From contig OZ059897.1 in NCBI GenBank assembly GCA_964057225.1, positions 7,502,001 to 7,566,000 of the forward strand: DNA of 64,000 nt, written 5' to 3'. The position numbers were made by a program, and so were the translations under genes. Source of the stretch: Auanema rhodensis. Taxonomy: Eukaryota > Animalia > Nematoda. This document shows, piece by piece, positions 14,201-26,504 of the stretch (position 1 is the stretch's first letter; each line of letters begins with the position of its first letter). The notes below the pieces were generated by a model. It saw only the letters and a program-made list of their open reading frames with translations, was not told the origin of the DNA and ran no database searches.

Positions 14201-17200
14201 CTTTTTGAATTAAATTTAGAAGTAAATATACTATTGTATGAGTAGGTTCTTCATTAATTTTATGAAATGGTGGCGATATGTAGCCTCGTTAGCTCAGCTG
14301 GTAAAGCGTTAGACTTTTAGTCTAACGGTCAGGGGTTCGAGCCCCCTACGGGGCTAATTTTTTACATTCTATCTGTCCCGAATATGTAGAACTTTATTTG
14401 CTTAGCTTGTTTAAACTTTTATTTATTCCAGAATCTTGAATTTTTCTTCAAATATAGATCTTTTTGAATTAAATTTAGAAGTAAATATACTATTGTATGA
14501 GTAGGTTCTTCATTAATTTTATGAAGTTAGGAGGATGTGTAGCCTCGTTAGCTCAGCTGGTAGAGCGTTAGACTTTTAATCTAACGGTCAGGGGTTCGAG
14601 CCCCCTACGGGGCTAATTTTTTACATTCTATCTGTCCCGAACATGTAAAACTTAATTTTCTTACCTTGTTTAAACTTTTATTTATTCCAGAATCTTGAAT
14701 TTTTCTTCAAATATAGATCTTTTTGAATTAAATTTAGAAGTAAATATACTATTGTATGAGTAGGTTCTTCATTAATTTTATGAAGTTAGGAGGATGTGTA
14801 GCCTCGTTAGCTCAGCTGGTAGAGCGTTAGACTTTTAATCTAACGGTCAGGGGTTCGAGCCCCCTACGGGGCTAATTTTTTACATTCTATCTGTCCCGAA
14901 TATGTAGAACTTAATTTTCTTAGCTTGTTTAAACTTTTATTTATTCCAGAATCTTGAATTTTTCTTCAAATATAGATCTTTTTGAATTAAATTTAGAAGT
15001 AAATATAATATTGTATGAGGAAGAATTTCATTAATTTTATGAAATGGTGGCGATATGTAGCCTCGTTAGCTCAGCTGGTAGAGCGTTAGACTTTTAATCT
15101 AACGGTCAGGGGTTCGAGCCCCCTACGGGGCTAATTTTTTACATTCTATTGTCCCGAATATGTAGAACTTAATTTGCTTAGCTTGTTTAAATTTTTATTT
15201 CTTTTTGAGAATCTTGAATTTTTCTTCAAATATAGATCTTTTTGAATTAAATTTAGAAGTAAATATACTATTGTATGAGTAGGTTCTTCATTAATTTTAT
15301 GAAGTTAGGAGGATGTGTAGCCTCGTTAGCTCAGCTGGTAGAGCGTTAGACTTTTAATCTAACGGTCAGGGGTTCGAGCCCCCTACGGGACTAATTTTTT
15401 ACATTCTATTGTCCCGAATATGTAGAACTTAATTTTCTTAGCTTGTTTAAACTTTTATTTATTCCAGAATCTTGAATTTTTCTTCAAATATAGATCTTTT
15501 TGAATTAAATTTAGAAGTAAATATAATATTGTATGAGTAGGTTCTTCATTAATTTTATGAAGTTAGGAGGATGTGTAGCCTCGTTAGCTCAGCTGGTAGA
15601 GCGTTAGACTTTTAATCTAACGGTCAGGGGTTCGAGCCCCCTACGGGGCTAATTTTTTACATTCTATCTGTCCCGAACATGTAAAACTTAATTTTCTTAC
15701 CTTGTTTAAACTTTTATTTATTCCAGAATCTTGAATTTTTCTTCAAATATAGATCTTTTTGAATTAAATTTAGAAGTAAATATACTATTGTATGAGTAGG
15801 TTCTTCATTAATTTTATGAAGTTAGGAGGATGTGTAGCCTCGTTAGCTCAGCTGGTAGAGCGTTAGACTTTTAATCTAACGGTCAGGGGTTCGAGCCCCC
15901 TACGGGGCTAATTTTTTACATTCTATCTGTCCCGAATATGTAGAACTTAATTTTCTTAGCTTGTTTAAACTTTTATTTATTCCAGAATCTTGAATTTTTC
16001 TTCAAATATAGATCTTTTTGAATTAAATTTAGAAGTAAATATAATATTGTATGAGGAAGAATTTCATTAATTTTATGAAATGGTGGCGATATGTAGCCTC
16101 GTTAGCTCAGCTGGTAGAGCGTTAGACTTTTAATCTAACGGTCAGGGGTTCGAGCCCCCTACGGGGCTAATTTTTACATTCTATCTGTCCCGAATATGTA
16201 GAACTTAATTTTCTTAGCTTGTTTAAACTTTTATTTATTCCAGAATCTTGAATTTTTCTTCAAATATAGATCTTTTTGAATTAAATTTAGAAGTAAATAT
16301 AATATTGTATGAGGAAGTACTTCATTATTTTTATGAAATGGTGGCGATATGTAGCCTCGTTAGCTCAGCTGGTAGAGCGTTAGACTTTTAATCTAACGGT
16401 CAGGGGTTCGAGCCCCCTACGGGGCTAATTTTTTACATTCTATCTGTCCCGAACATGTAAAACTTAATTTTCTTACCTTGTTTAAACTTTTATTTATTCC
16501 AGAATCTTGAATTTTTCTTCAAATATAGATCTTTTTGAATTAAATTTAGAAGTAAATATAATATTGTATGAGGAAGAATTTCATTATTTTTATGAAGTTA
16601 GGAAGATGTGTAGCCTCGTTAGCTCAGCTGGTAGAGCGTTAGACTTTTAATCTAACGGTCAGGGGTTCGAGCCCCCTACGGGGCTAATTTTTTACATTCT
16701 ATCTGTCCCGAATATGTAAAACTTAATTTTCTTACCTTGTTTAAACTTTTATTTATTCCAGAATCTTGAATTTTTCTTCAAATATAGATCTTTTTGAATT
16801 AAATTTAGAAGTAAATATACTATTGTATGAGTAGGTTCTTCATTAATTTTATGAAATGGTGGCGATATGTAGCCTCGTTAGCTCAGCTGGTAAAGCGTTA
16901 GACTTTTAGTCTAACGGTCAGGGGTTCGAGCCCCCTACGGGGCTAATTTTTTACATTCTATCTGTCCCGAATATGTAGAACTTTATTTGCTTAGCTTGTT
17001 TAAACTTTTATTTATTCCAGAATCTTGAATTTTTCTTCAAATATAGATCTTTTTGAATTAAATTTAGAAGTAAATATACTATTGTATGAGTAGGTTCTTC
17101 ATTAATTTTATGAAGTTAGGAGGATGTGTAGCCTCGTTAGCTCAGCTGGTAGAGCGTTAGACTTTTAATCTAACGGTCAGGGGTTCGAGCCCCCTACGGG

Positions 17201-20200
17201 GCTAATTTTTTACATTCTATCTGTCCCGAACATGTAAAACTTAATTTTCTTACCTTGTTTAAACTTTTATTTATTCCAGAATCTTGAATTTTTCTTCAAA
17301 TATAGATCTTTTTGAATTAAATTTAGAAGTAAATATAATATTGTATGAGGAAGAATTTCATTATTTTTATGAAGTTAGGAAGATGTGTAGCCTCGTTAGC
17401 TCAGCTGGTAGAGCGTTAGACTTTTAATCTAACGGTCAGGGGTTCGAGCCCCCTACGGGGCTAATTTTTTACATTCTATCTGTCCCGAACATGTAAAACT
17501 TAATTTTCTTACCTTGTTTAAACTTTTATTTATTCCAGAATCTTGAATTTTTCTTCAAATATAGATCTTTTTGAATTAAATTTAGAAGTAAATATACTAT
17601 TGTATGAGTAGGTTCTTCATTAATTTTATGAAATGGTGGCGATATGTAGCCTCGTTAGCTCAGCTGGTAAAGCGTTAGACTTTTAGTCTAACGGTCAGGG
17701 GTTCGAGCCCCCTACGGGGCTAATTTTTTACATTCTATCTGTCCCGAATATGTAGAACTTTATTTGCTTAGCTTGTTTAAACTTTTATTTATTCCAGAAT
17801 CTTGAATTTTTCTTCAAATATAGATCTTTTTGAATTAAATTTAGAAGTAAATATACTATTGTATGAGTAGGTTCTTCATTAATTTTATGAAGTTAGGAGG
17901 ATGTGTAGCCTCGTTAGCTCAGCTGGTAGAGCGTTAGACTTTTAATCTAACGGTCAGGGGTTCGAGCCCCCTACGGGGCTAATTTTTTACATTCTATCTG
18001 TCCCGAACATGTAAAACTTAATTTTCTTACCTTGTTTAAACTTTTATTTATTCCAGAATCTTGAATTTTTCTTCAAATATAGATCTTTTTGAATTAAATT
18101 TAGAAGTAAATATACTATTGTATGAGTAGGTTCTTCATTAATTTTATGAAGTTAGGAGGATGTGTAGCCTCGTTAGCTCAGCTGGTAGAGCGTTAGACTT
18201 TTAATCTAACGGTCAGGGGTTCGAGCCCCCTACGGGGCTAATTTTTTACATTCTATCTGTCCCGAACATGTAAAACTTAATTTTCTTACCTTGTTTAAAC
18301 TTTTATTTATTCCAGAATCTTGAATTTTTCTTCAAATATAGATCTTTTTGAATTAAATTTAGAAGTAAATATACTATTGTATGAGTAGGTTCTTCATTAA
18401 TTTTATGAAGTTAGGAGGATGTGTAGCCTCGTTAGCTCAGCTGGTAGAGCGTTAGACTTTTAATCTAACGGTCAGGGGTTCGAGCCCCCTACGGGGCTAA
18501 TTTTTTACATTCTATCTGTCCCGAATATGTAGAACTTTATTTGCTTAGCTTGTTTAAACTTTTATTCATTCCAGAATCTTGAATTTTTCTTCAAATATAG
18601 ATCTTTTTGAATTAAATTTAGAAGTAAATATACTATTGTATGAGTAGGTTCTTCATTATTTTTATGAAGTTAGGAAGATGTGTAGCCTCGTTAGCTCAGC
18701 TGGTAGAGCGTTAGACTTTTAATCTAACGGTCAGGGGTTCGAGCCCCCTACGGGGCTAATTTTTTACATTCTATTGTCCCGAATATGTAGAACTTAATTT
18801 GCTTACCTTGTTTAAACTTTTATTTATTCCAGAATCTTGAATTTTTCTTCAAATATAGATCTTTTTGAATTAAATTTAGAAGTAAATATACTATTGTATG
18901 AGTAGGTTCTTCATTAATTTTATGAAGTTAGGAGGATGTGTAGCCTCGTTAGCTCAGCTGGTAGAGCGTTAGACTTTTAATCTAACGGTCAGGGGTTCGA
19001 GCCCCCTACGGGGCTAATTTTTTACATTCTATTGTCCCGAATATGTAGAACTTAATTTGCTTAGCTTGTTTAAACTTTTATTTATTCCGGAATCTTGAAT
19101 TTTTCTTCAAATATATATCTTTTTGAATTAAATTTAGAAGTAAATATACTATTGTATGAGTAGGTTCTTCATTATTTTTATGAAGTTAGGAAGATGTGTA
19201 GCCTCGTTAGCTCAGCTGGTAGAGCGTTAGACTTTTAATCTAACGGTCAGGGGTTCGAGCCCCCTACGGGGCTAACTTTTAACATTCTATCTGTTCCGAA
19301 TATGTAAAACTTTATTTTCTTACCTTGTTTAAACTTTTATTTATTCCAGAATCTTGAATTTTTCTTCAAATATAGATCTTTTTGAAGTAAATTTAGAAGT
19401 AAATATACTATTGTATGAGGAAGTACTTCATTATTTTTATGAAGTTAGGAAGATGTGTAGCCTCGTTAGCTCAGCTGGTAGAGCGTTAGACTTTTAATCT
19501 AACGGTCAGGGGTTCGAGCCCCCTACGGGGCTAATTTTTTACATTCTATCTGTCCCGAATATGTAGAACTTTATTTGCTTAGCTTGTTTAAACTTTTATT
19601 TATTCCAGAATCTTGAATTTTTCTTCAAATATAGATCTTTTTGAATTAAATTTAGAAGTAAATATACTATTGTATGAGTAGGTTCTTCATTAATTTTATG
19701 AAGTTAGGAGGATGTGTAGCCTCGTTAGCTCAGCTGGTAGAGCGTTAGACTTTTAATCTAACGGTCAGGGGTTCGAGCCCCCTACGGGGCTATTTTTTTA
19801 CATTCTATTGTCCCGAATATGTAGAACTTAATTTGCTTAGCTTGTTTAAACTTTTATTTATTCCAGAATCTTGAATTTTTCTTCAAATATAGATCTTTTT
19901 GAATTAAATTTAGAAGTAAATATACTATTCTATGAGTAGGTACTTCATTAATTTTATGAAGTTAGGAGGATGTGTAGCCTCGTTAGCTCAGCTGGTAGAG
20001 CGTTAGACTTTTAATCTAACGGTCAGGGGTTCGAGCCCCCTACGGGGCTAATTTTTTACATTCTATCTGTCCCGAACATGTAAAACTTAATTTTCTTACC
20101 TTGTTTAAACTTTTATTTATTCCAGAATCTTGAATTTTTCTTCAAATATATATCTTTTTGAATTAAATTTAGAAGTAAATATACTATTCTATGAGTAAGT

Positions 20201-20320
20201 ACTTCATTATTTTTATGAAATGGTGACGATATGTAGCCTCGTTAGCTCAGCTGGTAGAGCGTTAGACTTTTAATCTAACGTTCAGGGGTTCGAGCCTCCT
20301 ACGGCGCTAATTTTTTACAT
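5298..20320 (+). repeat. tRNA-Lys(UUU) tandem array, block A (~259-bp unit, ~58 full genes plus a 5' remnant)
   Basis: tRNA starts at 5485, 5743, 6002 ... 20236. Spacers are near-identical. The count comes from listed starts plus span divided by unit length. Confidence 0.97.
5485..5557 (+). tRNA. tRNA-Lys(UUU), first full copy and representative of the array unit
   Basis: GCCTCGT-TA-GCTC AGCTGGTA GAGC-G-TTAGA CTTTTAA TCTAA-CGGTC-AGGGG TTCGAGC CCCCT-ACGGGGC-T folds as a full cloverleaf with anticodon TTT and intact A and B boxes. A T5-6 Pol III terminator follows. Confidence 0.97.
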
Positions 20321-20375
20321 TTTTTTACACAATTAGAGTCCGTGTCAGAACCGCGAAGCGAAGTTTCCGGCGTAA

Positions 20376-21586
20376 TTACTTCAAAAAGACTATCCAGATT
20401 ATGCTCTACGCGCATTAGCGTTGCAGCTTCATCCTCGTTTGCCTCTGGACCTATAAAACAAAACTAATCATTCATAATTAAATTAATCAAAAGTAATTAG
20501 TCATTAATCAAAATGGAAAATATAAAAACATTCTAAAAATATATTTAAAAAATACCGAGATGAGTGACGTCAGCGAGAACTGAAGCAGCGTCGATCTGCC
20601 TATTCAGTCTCAACAAGATGGCGTCTTTCGAGGAACGCTAAACACAATATCTAGTTATTAAATGATTATGTATATACAGTCATGTGCGATGAAGGTCGGA
20701 CACTTTTTAAAAAATTTGTGAGAAATCCAAATAAACTACAAAAATTCTGAAAAAAATATTTTTAGAGTCTAAGAACCCTAAGGAATCAGAAAATTAATTT
20801 TGAAAGTATTCGCTTCATTTATTACTGATTAGTGGGATACCCAAGATTATAAATAGCAGTTTGAGAACTACTTTTCATTGATTCTACGGAAACTTTGAAC
20901 ATCAAAAAGTAGTTGAGTTTTTCTATTATCTCTTTATTTTTTGCTGCAAATGATGTTCCATGAACCCTAAATATTGGTTAAATTTTTTCAGATTTTTTTT
21001 AGTAGTTTGAATAGGATTTCAGATATCTTTTAGTTGCTAGTGTCCGACCTTCATCGCACATGACTGTATCAGTCCATTATTATAATTTATTGCTAACAGA
21101 ATAATAAAAAGAAACATACTTGATGAACTTCCGGATTAAGAATTGTTGGATCGCGGTGACCCCGAACTAAATACAAAATCTTTTTGATGATTCCAGGAAA
21201 AGTTTTAAATTTATCAAATAAGAACATTGTCTTTAAAGTTGTTATAAAGAAAGCAAAAAGCTTAGAGATTTTGCATACCTGATTGTCGCTGCAGTAAAAC
21301 ATTGTTCTCCTCAATGTATTGTAAAAGAGTGCCCTTGATGACATCCCATGTGTCCACATCCATTGCACCGTATCTAAGACATATAATTAAATAATATAAT
21401 AAAATTAAAATTAAAAGTAATTAGAAATCATATTCTCACCCTTCATTGAGATAAAGGCGGATCTCTCGATACTGTCGTTGTAATCGACGAGCTTGTCTCT
21501 AAAGTTAAATGTTCATATAATATATAGTATACATACTAGAAGAAGAAAATTAAAGTTTAACTTACGGAAACAAATTGCCGAACCAT
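20376..21586 (-). CDS. Six-exon small orphan gene (~125 aa), not visible in the ORF track; may be a pseudogene copy
   Basis: TTTACAG acceptor, then ATG 21586. Five GT..AG introns with consistent phases give MVRQFVS|RQARRLQRQYREIRLYLNEG|YGAMDVDTWDVIKGTLLQYIEENNVLLQRQS|VRGHRDPTILNPEVHQ|RSSKDAILLRLNRQIDAASVLADVTHL|GPEANEDEAATLMRVEHNLDSLLK*. Confidence 0.7.
20677..21066. mobile_element. Tc1/mariner-type MITE (390 bp) in intron 4 of the orphan gene
   Basis: Perfect 28-bp TIRs CAGTCATGTGCGATGAAGGTCGGACACT (20677-20704 / 21039-21066), TA on both flanks, weaker subterminal inverted similarity, and no ORF. Confidence 0.93.
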
Positions 21587-21627
21587 GTTAGAGAGACGAT
21601 TAATCTGTAAACATATTCGATTAATTC

Positions 21628-21660
21628 GAGAGAGATAGAGAGAGAGAGAGAGAGAGGGAG
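21628..21660. repeat. (GA)n microsatellite
   Basis: Visible gagaga run upstream of the orphan gene. Confidence 0.9.
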
Positions 21661-21959
21661 GGAAAGCAGGAATAGTTGTTAACAAACTCAAAGTTGCGGA
21701 GAAAATAACAATGATAATTATGGATGGGAAATCACGAAATCAACGCGAACACAGAAGCAAAAGAAAACTTTTTATATTCACAAAAGTTAGAATGAGGTGA
21801 AAGAATGTGGTGATGGCAGTTTCTCTCCTTCCTCTACGTCTCTGCTCGCAGACGCGTCTCTGCCTTCCACTCTACCCCAACGCGTTTGCGTGTTGCGTCG
21901 CGTGTGTCTAGTTCAACTGGGGCAAATGTGTGATTGAGCTAGTCAAAGTGAGGAAGAGA

Positions 21960-22300
21960 AAAGAAGGTCACACAAAGAGAAAGAGAAATTATCAGGGTGA
22001 AGGTGTCACAAATATTGAGAGAACTGAAGGAAAAAGAGAGAGTGGTCAATCTGTAAGATAACTCGACAAGTTTGGTCACACCCTAACCTTCTCGAAGGTG
22101 CTGGCAAACAAGTAGAAGAAAATGAAAAAACGAAGTGTCTCATTTGAGAACGATTTGCGTCGCAGAATTTCTTCAGCTTTTGTGTTGTTATTTCATTTTC
22201 AGAGAACTGGTAAGTCTGTTCTGTTTGATACACTAGATTATTAATTATTTGCAGGTTTTACTACAAAATCAATTTAACGAAATTGGTGAATCTCTTCGAA
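21960..22300 (+). pseudogene. Host-like exon/intron fragment truncated by the Maverick capsid gene
   Basis: GTAAG..AG short-intron patterns (about 22053-22097 and 22210-22254). No identifiable product. Confidence 0.3.
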
Positions 22301-23340
22301 TAATCTTTGACTGATTCATAGTAACTATTACGGAATTCTTTAGCAAAGTTATATTGTTGTACTGCATTAAATTTGTCAAAATCAAACTTTAGGCACTCAT
22401 ATGGATACCTTTCTGAATTTAGTTCAACATAAATCTCTTCTAGTCCACAATTATCAAATTTGCTTGCATTTAGATAATTATTGTCTTTTGCACATTGAAA
22501 TGGCACAACAATATATTTTATTTTGTCATACTTTGTTCCTAATTTCCAAGTAAACTCTCGATTACCATTGGGGATGCTATAGCTCACAAATTGTCTACTT
22601 ATACAGGGCATCTGAAGCAGCTTATTACTTTCGAAGATGTTCAATAACTTATTTTGCATCTCAAGACTAGGCATAATCTTTGGGATAACCCATTGTAGTT
22701 TATTAATTATCATTTTTGCTGTAAATTTAGTAGGATCTGTGGACGTAATAGAATTTTTATTTTCTGGTGATCTGTAAAGTGAAAGAGTGTGTTTCCTTCC
22801 GTAAACTATTTTATTATAACATTCAGCAAAGCCAAAAATGTGAGTCAATGGAATACAGAAAGTTATATTTCCTTTTCTATTTTTAGTATATTTATTTATT
22901 TTATAATTCATGATATCCTTAGTCTCAAGGATCCAACCAAAAGTATTTTGTTTATTCATTGTGGAAGAATAAGTAAGCAGGCCTTTCATAAGTGAAGCTC
23001 TTCCAGGATCAATGACATTTTCAACTTGCATACCATCCATACTATAAGCTGCTCTATCAAATAAAAACATTGGAGCATTATTAGTCAATGAGACTTCATC
23101 ATCGTCAACTAATGCAGTTCCATTCATTTTAGTTAAACTTGCTTCTAAATAAATGTAGGATTTGTGTAATAGTAGATATTGATCACAAGTTTCTATAATA
23201 AAATTAATTTCTCCATGTTGATTCAAACTCGAACCTGATGAAGGAAATATGCTAATAAGATTCTCTTTTTGAATACTCTGGTCTTGAATAATTGGATTGT
23301 CAACAATGAGTATTCTATCAACTGCTTCCGCCATTTTCAC
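22261..23340 (-). CDS. Maverick major capsid protein (double jelly-roll), C-terminally truncated at about 22297
   Basis: DQSIQ..IFPSSGSSLN..GEINFIIE..DQYLLLHKSYIYLEASL; LTNNAPMFLF; FCIPLTHIFGFAECYNKIVYG; FDNCGLEEIYVELNSERYP. The last ~12 residues are read-through into flanking DNA. Confidence 0.88.
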   Translation of the reverse strand: MKMAEAVDRILIVDNPIIQDQSIQKENLISIFPSSGSSLNQHGEINFIIETCDQYLLLHKSYIYLEASLTKMNGTALVDDDEVSLTNNAPMFLFDRAAYSMDGMQVENVIDPGRASLMKGLLTYSSTMNKQNTFGWILETKDIMNYKINKYTKNRKGNITFCIPLTHIFGFAECYNKIVYGRKHTLSLYRSPENKNSITSTDPTKFTAKMIINKLQWVIPKIMPSLEMQNKLLNIFESNKLLQMPCISRQFVSYSIPNGNREFTWKLGTKYDKIKYIVVPFQCAKDNNYLNASKFDNCGLEEIYVELNSERYPYECLKFDFDKFNAVQQYNFAKEFRNSYYESVKDYSKRFTNFVKLIL

Positions 23341-23437
23341 AGGAGATCATTTACTTTTAATTTATTTAGAATATTTTTTTTCTAATATTAAATACAAAAC
23401 ATATTTATTTGAAGTTATTATTAAAAGTCAAAATTGC

Positions 23438-25725
23438 ATGAATCTATTGGAATTTTACTTTTTCTATGCATTTGCCTTTTATGATGTACTTGCGAAGAGT
23501 ATTATTTGTACTGAAAATTCTCCAGTGCAATACTTTAGAATACCAAAATTGCATAAATGTAACTATCACCAACAAATATCACCGCAAGCCCAAGTAGTGA
23601 GATATGAAGTTTTCAAACCTAATATTATTGAATACGTCTCTAATGCAAAATTTTGCAAGAAATTAGTTAGCGAAGTTTCTATGTACACCGATTTTTCAGG
23701 ATATGAACACTTAGTAGAAAAAGAATTAAACCAAAATCCGATTACCCTAGCAGAATGCAGAGAAATGATTGCAACAAAGAAGTGTGGTTATGGAACATTA
23801 ACTTCTTCTTCTTCTTCTTCTGGGATTTGGAGCACTACTAATAAAATTGAAGTTAATTATCCTAATAGATTTACTAGCTTCTTCTCGCCTAAAAGGTATT
23901 ACAAGGAGAATTGTGTTATCATTGAGACAAAGGTGTACTCTCACTTCAATCAAAGTCGGCCTACAAACGTTTTAGCTGATCTGAATAATTGTAAGTATCT
24001 TGATGGTTCTTGTCAAATAAAGACCAACGAGCTCATCGTATGGGATGTCAATAAGGAACAAAATTGTCAATATATTTCAATTGGAAAGTTAGATGGTGTT
24101 TTGAATAACGGATTATGGATTAATAGTCAAAACCAGATTGCTTTGAACTTTAAAGAAAATAAAATAGTGAGAGATTGCAATCTTGATCTTACTGTAAGTG
24201 ATGAAGGCTTTGCCGTAAGTCCACTTAGTAACAAAAGAAGTACGTATGAGCAACAACGTGAGCAAGATATTAGAGGTCAAGAACAACAAAGTCAACGGGA
24301 GCAAGAAAGATTTCAAGAATATGAATTGGAACGCAAGGAATTTGAGCAAAGAAGACAAGGAAAAATGAAGGAATATAAAGAATTCGAGAAACGAAAGCAA
24401 GAAAAAATTTTGAGATTGGAAAGAGAAAGAATTGCACGTTTAAGTAATAATTCTAGTGGTAATCGAGCCAAAAGAGAAATTACCAACGAAGTCGGCTCTA
24501 AAGGAGATATATTACCAAATACAAATCCCGATTCCGACGAATATTATGAAGATTGTGAATCTTCAGAAGTAGCAAACACTTCACCTGAAAGAATCGAAAA
24601 AGGTGAAGAATTACCACAATTACCAACATACAGAGAATACCTAAAAACTAAACACGATTGCGATGTTCTACCCAGTTATGGTGAGTTTATAAAGATTAGA
24701 GAAGCCTGTAATAATTTTCCAAGTTACACTGAATACATCACCCGGATTGAGAAATATGTACTTGAAAGAAGGAACCTCAATAGAAGAAATAAGACTAGGA
24801 CCAAAAGGGAGCTGTACTCAGATTTCCAAGCTGCTGGTGAATTTCAATACCTAGAAAACAAGCCAAACAATTAACTACGACATACAACTGAAGTAATGTG
24901 TGACATCTTTAATGAACATTCATCCGTTCTTGAAAGTCTGATCAGAGAGAATCCTAGTAGATACATTCAGAAACAACTCAATCATTCAGCAATTCGAGTA
25001 AAATTGATTCCAAGTGACAATCTGAAGGGTATCGGTATTGCCCAAGTAACATTTTGTAAAGAAATAGATGACTATGAAATTGAATATGTTGATCTAACTC
25101 ATTTTGATGGATTTAAGACAAGTTTAGCTCTTACTCAAGGTCAAATACCTATCAAGATAAAAAATTTGGTGACAAAATTTGGTATTACAAATCTGGAGTC
25201 ATCTCAAGCAATTTGCAACTTCATCCGATGATCGATTCAAGAAGTAATATCACAGATTTTAAGTCATTTAAAGAATTCAATCTTGATTTCTTAGATGACA
25301 AAGTAATTTTTCATGGACACATTCTCCTTGATACTAAGACTAATATTGAAGAAGAACTAATCAATGAGATGCGTGAAAAATCTGATGTGTCCATTGAACT
25401 GCATGCCAATAGTCAAGATTCCTCAGTTCCTCATGAAATATTAGATGAAGTTGAAAGCATTTTTGAGAAGTATTATATCAGAATTTGGCGGGTTTATGTA
25501 ACTATAGGCGTTACTCTCTTTTACATCTTTATATTTAGATCTTTTTGGATGATTCTTTCTCCTAAGACATTTTTCGATAAAAAGCATAGACCAGGAAGCA
25601 ACAATAATCGAGCAAGTTATTCTGGAGGGTTTTTCAAAAGGAGAACTCGTAGAAATCAAGACTTAGTGGACCAAAAGGGATATGAATTAGAAGAAATGAG
25701 AAGAAGATCTTTAGTTGTTGATTAG
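23438..25725 (+). pseudogene. Class III (glycoprotein B-like) fusogen of the Maverick, disrupted
   Basis: Signal peptide MNLLEFYFFYAFAFYDVLA, Cys-rich ectodomain (ITLAECREMIATKKCGYGTL; CKYLDGSCQ..IVWD..QNCQY), furin-type sites RAKR and RTKR, in-frame TAA at 24872, frameshift at about 25.2 kb, TM segment VYVTIGVTLFYIFIF and a basic cytoplasmic tail. Confidence 0.8.
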
Positions 25726-25792
25726 TAAGAATCGCAGATTCCCAATTTTTTATCTTTATCTTCAATTATTGAAATTTAATTTCCTTTTATAA

Positions 25793-26002
25793 ATGAGGTT
25801 TTTCAACTCTGGGAATTCCTCGAGTTACTTTATTATAACTGCAAAAGAGAAAGATAAAATAGAATTGGTGGAGAATATAAAAAACGTGGGACAAAATACA
25901 ATTGAAAATAACATAAAAGCAGGAGGAACTAATAAATTAAATAAAAAGAATGCAGCATTTCTAAAAGTTCTCAAAAGTGGATCAGGTTTTAAGAGGATTT
26001 AG
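25793..26002 (+). CDS. Small basic Maverick protein, possible virion core protein
   Basis: Lys/Asn-rich, with KAGG and a C-terminal KSGSGF resembling adenain-type protease sites. Located among the virion genes. Confidence 0.4.
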   Translation: MRFFNSGNSSSYFIITAKEKDKIELVENIKNVGQNTIENNIKAGGTNKLNKKNAAFLKVLKSGSGFKRI

Positions 26003-26050
26003 TGTACCTCGAATTTGGATCATCGAAATTCAGGTGTCCCAAATATTTTC

Positions 26051-26446
26051 TTATTTTAGATGTAATTCTACATGTAGATCGCAACTAGTAACGCTAATCA
26101 GATTATTCTTATCATCAACTAACTTTAGCGTGATAACATTACAATTACTGAAAATTTTATGGTAAATCAAATTAATTGGTTCAAACTTTACAACTTTTTT
26201 ATTCACTCCGTGGGATTCATTTATCTCTGGGCTGAATTTACATATTACATTACTTTGCCTTTCATCAATGAAAGTATCACAAATAAGATTGCATGATAGA
26301 TAAATGAAATTACTAGAAGTATCTGAAGTATCTAAAACTTCATCAATTTTTACAACTGCAATACTATTTGCTTTAAAATATTGAGGAAAATCAAATTGAA
26401 ATGTTTTCTCATTGGTTCGATATAAATTTAAAAAAAGACTTGTCAT
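26051..26446 (-). CDS. Maverick minor capsid (penton) protein
   Basis: FIYLSCNLICDTFID..SNVICKF..KFEPINLIYHKI..ITLKLVDDKNNLI..HVELHLK* pattern. The likely start is MTSLF (26446) rather than the longer ORF. Confidence 0.8.
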   Translation of the reverse strand: MTSLFLNLYRTNEKTFQFDFPQYFKANSIAVVKIDEVLDTSDTSSNFIYLSCNLICDTFIDERQSNVICKFSPEINESHGVNKKVVKFEPINLIYHKIFSNCNVITLKLVDDKNNLISVTSCDLHVELHLK

Positions 26447-26504
26447 TGTGAAAACAAAGCGTTTGTTAATTTCTTTATTTATTAAATAATTAAAATCTAA
26501 AAAG

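Noticed and set aside
21878-21911. GC-rich hairpin plus CTAG as a Helitron 3' end
   Set aside because: The stem is only 5 bp with atypical spacing, and no matching 5' end or Rep/Hel sequence is present
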